This document shows, one piece after another, positions 1 to 8,638 of a stretch of DNA of 50,097 nucleotides. The translations under genes and the position numbers were made by a program. This DNA is from a virus (lineage: Duplodnaviria; Caudoviricetes): positions 1 to 50,097 of IMG/VR virus record IMGVR_UViG_3300032893_000069. The stretch is one strand, 5' to 3'. Numbering within the stretch: the stretch's first letter is position 1; each line of letters begins with the position of its first letter. The notes under the pieces were generated by a model. It searched no databases. It had not been told where the DNA came from and saw only the letters and a list, made by a program, of their open reading frames with translations.

Positions 1-590
1 TTCGTGGAGCCTTTTCCTTTCAGTACTCTTACGCAAACACTTTACTTCTTTACTCCCTTGCTTCACTCCCTGTCAATAGGACTTTAGTACTGCAAGGAAA
101 ACACTGCACGTTATCTATTTAGCCAACACCTACGATTCACCTTCTATCGAACCGTAACTACTTTACAACTACCATCGCATCCTTGTCGGATGCTCACGTT
201 TTCGGTTGCGCATCACATATTCACATCGTCCAGCACCGCACTGTTTTAAAGTTAACGGGCAATGGTGAGAGTACGCGCCAATAGAGACGTTTACCTGCGT
301 CTCCATCGGCGCGTTTCTCGGTGTTAACGGTATAAAGGAGCCGAGTTTTCGCGAAGATAGACACTCTTCCCACCAGACTTGGTGTAGCGCTTTCGCGCCG
401 GTCCATGTTTTACGACGCCCCTGGTAGACGCGCAGCTCGATTTAACTCGAACTGTCCCCGCACAATTTGGTAGAAACGGCGAATGCACTTTCGACAGACG
501 CAGAACTTCGCCTCTGTAGTGGTTGTCGCCGGGATCGTGTGGGAACGTGTAGCGTGTTTACTGCGTCGGAAAGGATAGCATGATAGTAAA

Positions 591-947
591 TCATGCCGCA
601 CCTCTCGAAACTTTTGTGTGCTCTCGGACTAAGCGCGCTCGGGCCGCTTCTAATACGTCCAGAGAGTAATGCGGTATTTCATTTACAACTAAAATTCCAG
701 TTCCACCACAAATTGCGCACTCTTCTAAAACTTCTCCATCGTCACACTCATCACATCCGGCACCTTCACACGAAGGGCAGTCTTGATAATACTCACCGAG
801 AGAGTCGCAATTTTCACATTCGGGATTTTCTTTTAAGTGTTCGATGCAGTCAGCGAGAGAATCAAGGAATCTTACTGCGAGGATCTGGCGCTCATCGCCA
901 AAAGTCAACCTGCGGCGCAACTCTTTTTTTGCTTGCGCTTCGGTCAT
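591..947 (-). CDS. hypothetical protein with DnaJ-like CxxCxGxG zinc finger
   Basis: CENC..CPSCEGAG.CDEC..CAICGGTG; ATG at 947 overlaps the stop of the upstream ORF (ATGA). Confidence 0.6.
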   Translation of the reverse strand: MTEAQAKKELRRRLTFGDERQILAVRFLDSLADCIEHLKENPECENCDSLGEYYQDCPSCEGAGCDECDDGEVLEECAICGGTGILVVNEIPHYSLDVLEAARARLVREHTKVSRGAA

Positions 948-1096
948 ATTGACCACTCCACTTTTTGAAGTGACCCGACCGTAGAATCTTTTATTTCAAA
1001 ACCGCAGTGAGGGCATGTAAATGGGAAATCTTCTTCGGTAACTGGTCCGTCGCCCATGTCTATGTCGTCACCACAATTAGGACAAACACACTTCAT
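944..1096 (-). CDS. small zinc-ribbon protein (50 aa, below the ORF track cutoff)
   Basis: Hand translation MKCVCPNCGDDIDMGDGPVTEEDFPFTCPHCGFEIK...; two CxxC pairs; coupled to the next gene. Confidence 0.6.
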   Translation of the reverse strand: MKCVCPNCGDDIDMGDGPVTEEDFPFTCPHCGFEIKDSTVGSLQKVEWSI

Positions 1097-1264
1097 GTGG
1101 ACACACCTATACTGTTCTTTAAAATCGCGGTGGTTTTTATGGGAGGTCGCCGCAGCTCCCTAGCGAATCTTCCTGTCCTTGGCAATCTCTTAAAAGGAAG
1201 GAGGGTGGAGGCCAATCCACCCCCGGAGATTGCTAGGGAGGTACCTATGACAGGTACCATGACT

Positions 1265-1292
1265 AGTATAGAATTACACCTTTCCTTGTCAA
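1265..1292 (-). promoter_or_regulatory. leftward sigma70-like promoter
   Basis: TTGACA-16 nt-TATACT on the minus strand. Confidence 0.6.
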
Positions 1293-1317
1293 GAGGAATT
1301 TTAAAATAACTTTATGC

Positions 1318-1346
1318 TTGACAGTGTGCATTCAAGTGTATACCTT
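1318..1346 (+). promoter_or_regulatory. rightward sigma70-like promoter, probably leaderless into the RHH gene
   Basis: TTGACA-17 nt-TACCTT, with GTG 6 nt after the -10 box; divergent from the promoter at 1265-1292. Confidence 0.6.
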
Positions 1347-1352
1347 TGATGC

Positions 1353-1523
1353 GTGAAGAGTGGAGAACGTAAACGAGTGATGTTAGCAGCGCGGGTTTCA
1401 GTAAAAGTTAGGGACGCTGCTCGGGAAGTTGCGGCACAGGAAAGGCGCAGCCTCTCGAACATGGTCGAACTGCTGCTGGAATCCGCGCTCGCTGCGAGGA
1501 AGAACGGGAAGGCCGGGAAATGA
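1353..1523 (+). CDS. Arc/CopG-like ribbon-helix-helix regulator (56 aa, not in ORF track)
   Basis: Hand translation ..RVMLAARVSVKVRDAAREVAAQERRSLSNMVELLLESAL..; stop overlaps the next ATG. Confidence 0.7.
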   Translation: MKSGERKRVMLAARVSVKVRDAAREVAAQERRSLSNMVELLLESALAARKNGKAGK

Positions 1524-1879
1524 GCGACAGGCGCGGATTTTTGAAAACGCTACTCACGCTCCCGCTGATAGCGGGTATCGCTGCTAAATTTTCCTGTGAA
1601 TTTGAACTGCCAGTTGGGTGCGATTTATCAATGACTTCGCTCCACGAAGTTCTGCGGCGAGGTGATGAATTAAAACTTGGCTGTCCACGAAAACTGCTCA
1701 TCGGTCCAGAGAATATATTTCCCGCGAGAGAGATACTCGGCTGGCCTCGGTACACGGCGGACAGTGAAATTAACTGGATTACCAGCCAGAATCTATTTTA
1801 CGAAGTCACGGGCAGATATCCGATGAACACTTGGGCCGTGCAGTTTGATCGCGGCGTCATCAAAAGCGTAGGTCCGTGA
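1520..1879 (+). CDS. Tat-signal protein resembling the axial domain of this phage's major capsid protein
   Basis: MSDRRGFLK twin-arginine motif plus hydrophobic stretch; mature part aligns by eye to MCP aa ~184-269. Confidence 0.65.
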   Translation: MSDRRGFLKTLLTLPLIAGIAAKFSCEFELPVGCDLSMTSLHEVLRRGDELKLGCPRKLLIGPENIFPAREILGWPRYTADSEINWITSQNLFYEVTGRYPMNTWAVQFDRGVIKSVGP

Positions 1880-1990
1880 TGTACACCAAGCGGCCACCCA
1901 GGACAGCCGCAGCCGCTTATCGTTCGGCTGGACACCAAATCACGAACAGAAGAGATTGTGAAATCCACGTTGGCGATGTGAGGAGAAGAG

Positions 1991-2575
1991 ATGCCAGTTG
2001 AACTGATTCAGCAATCAGAAAACATCCTGTGGGTAGGCGAGACAGGATTCGAAGCCAAAGGCGAACGCATCGCTATCATGCAGGATGAGCACAAGTCCGG
2101 CTACGAATGCTTGCGCTGCATGGACAAAGACAAGCGAACGCTGGACGGGAAAGAAGTATCGGTAATCACCTGCGAAGAGTGCGCCGGCGAAGGCAAGCGG
2201 CAAAAGGCAGGAAACGCAGACCTCACAGTAAAATGCTCCGACTGCGAAGGACGCGGCTACCTGCCCTGCCCGGATTGCGGCGGCAAGGGAACATCCACGG
2301 GGATCGTGCTGCCAGAGTCCAGCAAGGGTGAGCCAACCACGGGGATTGTGGTGAGCAAGGGGCCGGACGCAAAGCTGTACGACCTGGGGCATCGCGTGAT
2401 GTTCCCCAGTTACGCGGGGCATTTGTTCGTGGTGAAGGGCAAGGACAAAAAGAGCGGGAAAGAGAAAACCGTTCGCTTGCGCTTCATCAACGAAGGCGAC
2501 GTGATCGCGCAGTTGTACGGCGAGTTGGAGTACAGGTCGCTGGTTAGCTCGCAGGCGTTGTTTACCAACGAATAG
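1991..2575 (+). CDS. groES: GroES/Cpn10-like co-chaperonin with inserted DnaJ-type zinc finger
   Basis: GERIAI..., GIVLPESSKGEPTTGIVVSKGP, GHRVMFPSYAG and FINEGDVIA match GroES; four CxxC(xGxG) motifs at aa 40-100; SD-like GAGGAG upstream. Confidence 0.8.
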   Translation: MPVELIQQSENILWVGETGFEAKGERIAIMQDEHKSGYECLRCMDKDKRTLDGKEVSVITCEECAGEGKRQKAGNADLTVKCSDCEGRGYLPCPDCGGKGTSTGIVLPESSKGEPTTGIVVSKGPDAKLYDLGHRVMFPSYAGHLFVVKGKDKKSGKEKTVRLRFINEGDVIAQLYGELEYRSLVSSQALFTNE

Positions 2576-2580
2576 GAAAC

Positions 2581-2664
2581 TTTCATGGATGCCCATTGCT
2601 ATCCTAACGAAATGCCCGCGACACGGATGGGGGCCATCGGACCATCTGGTGGGCATCCATGAAA
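2581..2664 (+). promoter_or_regulatory. 15-bp perfect inverted repeat covering the terminase start codon
   Basis: TTTCATGGATGCCCA (2581-2595) pairs with TGGGCATCCATGAAA (2650-2664). Confidence 0.7.
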
Positions 2665-5400
2665 TGGAAAATACTCCCGGTCCCACCAGTAGCGGACGAC
2701 TATGAATTACACTTCCGCAACACGCGGCTAAACAGCCTCGGCTCGCTCTACTGGTTCGCAAAGCACACTCTCGGCTACTCCCGCCTTACCACGCTCCATA
2801 AAGACCTGTGCAAGAGCCTTGAAAACGAGCACCTGTTTTTGGTGATGGAAGTTCCGATGTCGCACTTTAAAGCACTGGACATTCGTACTCCGATACCAAC
2901 ACCCGATGGCTTCAAGCTAATGGGGCACATTAATGTTGGAGACACTGTTTTTGGATCGGACGGTATTCCTGTAAAAGTAACAGGCGTCAGTCCGATTTAT
3001 TTTTCTTCTGATTGCTACGAGTTGGAGTTCACTGGAGGGGACAAAATTGATTGCGATGCCGGACATCTTTGGGAAACGCAATCGCTTGAAGATTACGACA
3101 GAACCAAGCCGAGAATGTATCGCTCAGTGATAAGGACCACAAAAGAAATTTCTTCAAGGATTGATTACGGAAAACAGCGTAATCACAGAGTTAAACTTGC
3201 AAAATCCATTCAATTACCCGATGTGGATTTGCCAATTTCTCCATATGTCCTTGGGTGCTGGCTTGGAGATGGAACGTCTGCGAACGGTTCGATCACTATT
3301 GGGAATTCGGACGAGTGGCTTGCTCACGAAATACGGCGCGAGGGTGAACCGTTAACAAAGGCAAATACCCCATTGAAATGGTGCTTCTATGATGGGAAAT
3401 CAAATTACAGGGATTCTAAAGTCAGGAAATTTGCTTTTGTAACTAGGCTTAGAAAGCTGGGAGTCTTAAATAACAAGCACATACCGCAAGCCTATCTAAG
3501 GTCATCAGCCAGGCAGCGATTGGCCCTCTTACAGGGGCTAATGGATACTGACGGCCACGCTTCCAAATTAGGGCAATGTACTTTTTCAAATACAAACAAG
3601 AATCTAGTGGTGCAAGTAAGGGAATTGGTTTGCTCGCTAGGTCTGAAATGCGGGGAATTGAGAACGTACAAGTCAATGTTGAATCGGAAACACGTTGGAC
3701 TGTTTCACGTCATAACATTTTACTCATTCAAGGATTTTCCTCCATTCCGTATGCCTAGAAAAGTTGCACGGCTGCTAACGCGGTCTCCGCAGTCCATGCA
3801 GTCTTATCGCCATATACGGGCTGCTAGGAGAATCGGGCAACGCTACGTGAAGTGCATCATGGTGGATTCTGCTGACTCTCTTTATTTGGCAGGGGAAGGA
3901 TTTATCCCGACTCACAACACGCGACTTGGAATTTCCCTGTCTATCTGGTGGGCACTTCCATTCGATGAGTACGACGAGAAGCACATGCGCGAATTAGGCT
4001 ACGGGGATGAGTGGATACGCTACATGAAGGCGATCCACGATCAGAATCACCGGACGCTCATCACGCACGAAATTGCTTCCCAGGCAACGAATATCGGGCG
4101 CGACGTGAACGACTGCTACATGAACAACGACACGTTCCGCGCCACGTTTAAGGAAATCATTCCCGATTCAGAGTGTACGTGGAACAACTCCGAAAAGTTC
4201 CAGAAAAGATTGCGCGGCGGAGACGCTTCAACCGGAACATTCGTGTACCGTGGAGTCGGCCAAGCGTTGCAGGGCATCCACGTAAACTCCATCATCCAAG
4301 ACGACAACTTTGGAAAAGAAGCGCAAGACTCCCTGCTCAAAGGCGATGGGCGCATAGTCGAAGATTTGATTAAGTGGCACAAGCAGGTGGGCACGCGCTT
4401 TGACCCGAAGGTGAAGCGAGATCGGCGGCAAGTGGTCATTGGCAATAAGTGGGCGGCGCTGGACCTGAACGGCTACATCAAGAAAAATCAGCCAGAGTTT
4501 AAGTTTGAAAGTCACAGCGCGGAGGGCGGGTGCTGCAAGCGTCACCCAGCAGGAAAGCCTATTCTCCCCGAAGAGTGGACTATTGAACTGCTCCACAAAG
4601 AACGTGACAGGCTTGGGAAGCGAGACTACTCACACTTCTACCTGAACGTGGCGATGCTGCCGGAGGAGCAACTATTCGGTAGTCAGTGGTTGCGTGAATA
4701 CCGCTTTCGGGAAGCAGATCCCCGCTTCTCCAAAGACGACTTGCGCAATGCGCTGATGGTGGAGCACAAGGTCTACGAGGGGACGGCACTCAAGGACTTC
4801 ATGGCCGCGACGCTGGAAATCACAATCATCGTGGACCCGAACCATGCGCGGAAAAACAAGCGCGAGAAACACGTAATCTGGAGCATTGGCTTCGATCCCG
4901 AATCTTCGCGCATCTACTTGCTATCGCTGTGGCAAAAAGACTCCACCTACTCCGTGCTTGTCGAAGAGATGTACAGCCAGTACGCCAACTGGACAATGCG
5001 CAACGGGTTGAAGCAGTTCAAGACTCCCACGGTGTACATGGGGAAAACAGCGCGGGAACTGCTCGCGTTTTATCTGTCGGAGCGCGACAAGCGGGAAAGG
5101 ATTCCGCTGCAAATTGAAGAGTTTGAAGATGACGACTCGCTTGCTGCGATGAAGAACCGGATCGAGTCGCTGGAGCCTACGTTCAAGGCCGCGCAAATCT
5201 GGTGCAATCCAGAGCAGGGCCAGCAGAAAGAATTTGTGGAGGACTACGAGAACTATCCAGCAGGAAAACTGGACGCGCTAGACGTGCTGGGCCACTACCC
5301 GAGAGTAGTAGAGATTGGCGACTCGAAGAATGCGCGTAAGTTCTTACAGGACCAGATGGCAGAGTTTCAGGGCAGACAATCAGGGATTGCAGGGTATTGA
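2659..5400 (+). CDS. terL: terminase large subunit, intein-containing
   Basis: Spliced Walker A PMSHFK/T, Walker B-like IIQDD, coupling motif VIGNKW, nuclease IIVDP...DALD; lies upstream of the portal. Confidence 0.85.
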   Translation: MKWKILPVPPVADDYELHFRNTRLNSLGSLYWFAKHTLGYSRLTTLHKDLCKSLENEHLFLVMEVPMSHFKALDIRTPIPTPDGFKLMGHINVGDTVFGSDGIPVKVTGVSPIYFSSDCYELEFTGGDKIDCDAGHLWETQSLEDYDRTKPRMYRSVIRTTKEISSRIDYGKQRNHRVKLAKSIQLPDVDLPISPYVLGCWLGDGTSANGSITIGNSDEWLAHEIRREGEPLTKANTPLKWCFYDGKSNYRDSKVRKFAFVTRLRKLGVLNNKHIPQAYLRSSARQRLALLQGLMDTDGHASKLGQCTFSNTNKNLVVQVRELVCSLGLKCGELRTYKSMLNRKHVGLFHVITFYSFKDFPPFRMPRKVARLLTRSPQSMQSYRHIRAARRIGQRYVKCIMVDSADSLYLAGEGFIPTHNTRLGISLSIWWALPFDEYDEKHMRELGYGDEWIRYMKAIHDQNHRTLITHEIASQATNIGRDVNDCYMNNDTFRATFKEIIPDSECTWNNSEKFQKRLRGGDASTGTFVYRGVGQALQGIHVNSIIQDDNFGKEAQDSLLKGDGRIVEDLIKWHKQVGTRFDPKVKRDRRQVVIGNKWAALDLNGYIKKNQPEFKFESHSAEGGCCKRHPAGKPILPEEWTIELLHKERDRLGKRDYSHFYLNVAMLPEEQLFGSQWLREYRFREADPRFSKDDLRNALMVEHKVYEGTALKDFMAATLEITIIVDPNHARKNKREKHVIWSIGFDPESSRIYLLSLWQKDSTYSVLVEEMYSQYANWTMRNGLKQFKTPTVYMGKTARELLAFYLSERDKRERIPLQIEEFEDDDSLAAMKNRIESLEPTFKAAQIWCNPEQGQQKEFVEDYENYPAGKLDALDVLGHYPRVVEIGDSKNARKFLQDQMAEFQGRQSGIAGY
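2872..3918 (+). mobile_element. intein (class 3-type) with LAGLIDADG homing endonuclease, 349 aa
   Basis: Starts ALDIRTPIPTPDG, block B DAGHLW, endonuclease motifs LGCWLGDG and LQGLMDTDG, block F VKCIMV, ends PTHN followed by T. Confidence 0.9.
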
Positions 5401-5654
5401 ACAAACGGACCAGACGTTGGCTGCATCAATGCGGGAGGAAATCCGGCTACGTCAGTTTGCAGTCAGCCAACGCCGCAGCGGCAAAAATGCAATTCATCAA
5501 TCCCTTAGAGGTCAAAACGTTTGTTGCCTATAAATGCGATTACTGCAAGTATTGGCACGTTGGCCGTACCAAACGCATCCACAGGCCGAACTTTCCCGAT
5601 GGCTGGGAGCGAGCAGATTTGACTTATCACGCATTCTTGACTGTGCTAAAGTGA
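5397..5654 (+). CDS. small phage protein with putative Zn-binding motif
   Basis: C..K..Y.S...A and YKCDYCKYWH; coupled between terL and portal. Confidence 0.55.
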   Translation: MNKRTRRWLHQCGRKSGYVSLQSANAAAAKMQFINPLEVKTFVAYKCDYCKYWHVGRTKRIHRPNFPDGWERADLTYHAFLTVLK

Positions 5655-5658
5655 GCGC

Positions 5659-7635
5659 ATGGCAACTGCCATTACCACCAGCATCGAGAAAGCCGACCGG
5701 GACGACTTCTCGCCCTGTACCATAGAGTTTGGTGCCGATGTCGAAAAAGAAATCAACCATTTCCTCGAACGCCACATCAACGCACGCCTCCAGCAACTCC
5801 GCAACATCCATACCTCCACCCTGCCAAAGTGGAAGCGCATCGCTGAGGGCAGGCCGCTGCAAAAATCCCGCTCGTTTCCGTTCGAGGGAGCTTCTAACCT
5901 AGTCCACCAGACAGCCGGCGAAGCGATTGATGACCTGGCTGCGCGTGTCTTACAGCTTACGTGGATGACTTCCCCGATTGTGCTGTATCGCTACTTCACC
6001 GAAGCGGTGGAGCAGAAGATTGCGGAAGCGTACGCTAAACGTGCAAAGACGCTGATTCAGTTCATGGACTACGCGGCCTACGATCCCCGCGAACTGAACC
6101 TGTACCCGCGAGAAAACAAGTGGTGGTATGACGGCGCGGTGTGCGGACGGTCTTGGGTGATTGTGGCACCGGAGAGCAGAATCGAATCGGTCCACATCGG
6201 CTACGCGGAAGGCAGCAAGAAAGCCGAGTTTGAAAAGAAAACGCTCTACGAAGGTCCGAAGGTAATCAACGCGGACTACGAAGATATTTTGTACGACCCC
6301 GATGTGAAAGTGTTTGAGGAGACGGATCCGCTATTCCGCCGCTGCACACTGACGCAAGCGAAGATTCGGGAGCGCGTGTTCAAGGGAACGTACCGCAAAG
6401 CAGATGCAGAAAAAGTTTTAGAGCAACCCGACCAACCCAACGAAGTAAAGCAGCGCGAAAAGCAGAAAAAAGGAATCACCACTGACACATCGAATGACCG
6501 CACGATGTCCACGTGGGAAATCTACGAATGCTATTTTTCTTGGTGGCACAACGATAGGAAGTTCCGGCTCATTGCGTGGTATCACCTAAAAACGCGCAGA
6601 ATCCTGAACTGCGTTTACAACTTCATTCCCGACAATCAAATTCCGATTCTTGAAACGCGGTTGACCGTAGACGGGCGCGGCTTCCCCGATATTTTGGAGC
6701 ACTACCAAGAAGAAATCTCCACGGCTAAAAACCAGCGCAATGACACAATCACAGTGTCCATGTGGGGCATCAACACAGTAGACCCGAACAACAAAAACTT
6801 GGGGCCAAACTTCCGCCTCGCGCCGAACGTGTTCCTGCCCGTGAAGAAAGACCAGTTCATGCACTACGATGTGGGCAACGCTGCGTTCGCTGGCCTGTCG
6901 CTGGAAAACGAGCAGGCCATGATTATGCAGGCGAAGGAACGCGCTGGCGTGGGTCCTGCAATGTCTGGAGCAGGAGCGGGTGGAACAAACAAGAAGGGCC
7001 AATACTCCGCGATGGGCACGCTGTCCGTGATGCAGGATGGCAACTCCCGCAACGATCACCGAACATCAGACTTCCGCCACTCGCACGTTGCGCTGATGTC
7101 GCTACTTACAGACTTCTACGGATTCTTGGGATTGGGCCGCAAGGGAAGCACATTTGGGCTGGACGACAAGATTCTAGAGCAGGCGCTTGAAGATTACCTC
7201 TCGCGCAAGATGCGGATTCCAACCCGCGCCGCGTCCGCAAGCCTGAACCGCGAAATCAGCAAGCAGAGCCAAATCATTCTCAACCAGGCGCACTCTGCCT
7301 ACGTGAAGGAAATCAGTTCGCAGTTACAGGCATTGATGAACGAAACTTTGCCGATAGAGTACCGCGAATGGTTGCTCGGCGTTGTGAAGGCAAAGACGAT
7401 GCTGATGCAGCAAATCTTCAAAGACTTCCAAGTGTCCGACAATCCAGCAGAATACGTGCCCGATATTCAGTACGAAATCAAAAAGCCCGAAGGAGCACCA
7501 AATGGCTCGCCGCAAGCAGGACCCCAACCAACTCCAATCAATGCGATGGCCACTGCTCTTCAAGGACCCGGAGAAGGCGGAATCCCTCTTCTCGGCGGTG
7601 GGATGGGTGGACCTGCTGGCGGACCTCCGCGCTAA
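5659..7635 (+). CDS. portal protein (P22/podovirus-like)
   Basis: 658 aa, follows terL, helical with Gly/Pro-rich C-terminal tail typical of podovirus portals. Confidence 0.75.
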   Translation: MATAITTSIEKADRDDFSPCTIEFGADVEKEINHFLERHINARLQQLRNIHTSTLPKWKRIAEGRPLQKSRSFPFEGASNLVHQTAGEAIDDLAARVLQLTWMTSPIVLYRYFTEAVEQKIAEAYAKRAKTLIQFMDYAAYDPRELNLYPRENKWWYDGAVCGRSWVIVAPESRIESVHIGYAEGSKKAEFEKKTLYEGPKVINADYEDILYDPDVKVFEETDPLFRRCTLTQAKIRERVFKGTYRKADAEKVLEQPDQPNEVKQREKQKKGITTDTSNDRTMSTWEIYECYFSWWHNDRKFRLIAWYHLKTRRILNCVYNFIPDNQIPILETRLTVDGRGFPDILEHYQEEISTAKNQRNDTITVSMWGINTVDPNNKNLGPNFRLAPNVFLPVKKDQFMHYDVGNAAFAGLSLENEQAMIMQAKERAGVGPAMSGAGAGGTNKKGQYSAMGTLSVMQDGNSRNDHRTSDFRHSHVALMSLLTDFYGFLGLGRKGSTFGLDDKILEQALEDYLSRKMRIPTRAASASLNREISKQSQIILNQAHSAYVKEISSQLQALMNETLPIEYREWLLGVVKAKTMLMQQIFKDFQVSDNPAEYVPDIQYEIKKPEGAPNGSPQAGPQPTPINAMATALQGPGEGGIPLLGGGMGGPAGGPPR

Positions 7636-7786
7636 GAAAGAAACTTTGTCGGGAGAGATCGTGCATGACATTCCGTACAAGCCGGAGCAGATAGCCCTGC
7701 AAAACACGTATCGCGGGTGCATCTCCGTCATTGAGGATTTGCTTGAACTCGAACAAGAGTTTAAGAACTGGAAGGCGACGCTATGA
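7502..7786 (+). CDS. small post-portal protein (Bbp19-like position)
   Basis: W..LL.DL...YRG.ISVIEDLL pattern; overlaps the low-complexity portal tail; GGAG SD upstream. Confidence 0.55.
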   Translation: MARRKQDPNQLQSMRWPLLFKDPEKAESLFSAVGWVDLLADLRAKKETLSGEIVHDIPYKPEQIALQNTYRGCISVIEDLLELEQEFKNWKATL

Positions 7787-7957
7787 GCAGAATGCTGCAT
7801 CTCCGGCTGTGCAACGATGAACTGTGGTGCAGTGTGACCCAGCAGCAGTGGGACAAGTTTCTTCGCTCCCAACTCCGGGCGCTGGCCCATGCAAAAAATC
7901 CCTTGACAGGTACTAGGACTCTTGGGCTAACATCATCTCTCAGAGGTAATGTGAGTA

Positions 7958-8638
7958 ATGGGACTGTTCAAGAAACCGGGAGAGGAAACGACGCAGCAAT
8001 CACAGGATGACCTGATTGCAAAGTTCCGTGGCATTGTCGAAGAAGTTGTCGCTCCCATCAAGCAAACCGTAGAAGCGCAAGCCTCCGAAGTAAAAACCCT
8101 CACAACGAAGTGGAACGAAATTGAAAACGCGGGAGCCGCCGAAGCGGAAGAGGCTCGCCGTCGTGCCGCCGCTGCCGCTGATGCTGAACTGACCCCCGAA
8201 GAGAAATTGGAAAAGCAGAACCAGGCGCTTTTCGCGCAGACGGTGCTGACCAATGCTCGCATCACGGAAAACGAGTGCGCGGCAACGCTGGAGCGCGACT
8301 TTCCGAAGTTGGTCCCCGAGTTCCGCCAAATGTGCGCAAACACCGACTGGAAAGTGAAGGCGCTGCCGAACTACCAGCAGCAATGCGAAGCAGCTATCAA
8401 CGGGCTGATTGGCCGCGAAGCCCGCAAGGGCGGGTTGCGCTTCCAGAAGCAGACAGAAAAGTTTGTGATCGAAGATGCTGGGAGCGGTGGTAACCGTGAG
8501 GACAACGTGCTCCTGTCCGGCGACTACGACTGGAACGATGAGCGCAGCGGAAAGACGCTGACGGCGACTCAGCAGTTAGCCAAGCTCGGGCTGACCGGCA
8601 AAGACTTCGCAGAAATGCAGAAGCGGGGGATGGTCTAA
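7958..8638 (+). CDS. capsid scaffolding protein (putative)
   Basis: Charged coiled-coil with C-terminal LT..QQLAKLGLTGKDF helix; lies between portal and capsid genes. Confidence 0.65.
   Translation: MGLFKKPGEETTQQSQDDLIAKFRGIVEEVVAPIKQTVEAQASEVKTLTTKWNEIENAGAAEAEEARRRAAAAADAELTPEEKLEKQNQALFAQTVLTNARITENECAATLERDFPKLVPEFRQMCANTDWKVKALPNYQQQCEAAINGLIGREARKGGLRFQKQTEKFVIEDAGSGGNREDNVLLSGDYDWNDERSGKTLTATQQLAKLGLTGKDFAEMQKRGMV

Noticed and set aside
221-601. Short minus-strand ORFs 221-406 and 410-601 (also 39922-40291)
   Set aside because: Probably coding territory, but I cannot choose the frame from motifs or SD evidence
7903-7933. TTGACA...TAACAT promoter before the scaffold gene, and ORF 7783-8010
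   Set aside because: The 19-nt spacer is atypical and the ORF overlaps the scaffold start with no recognisable motif; both are possible but unsupported
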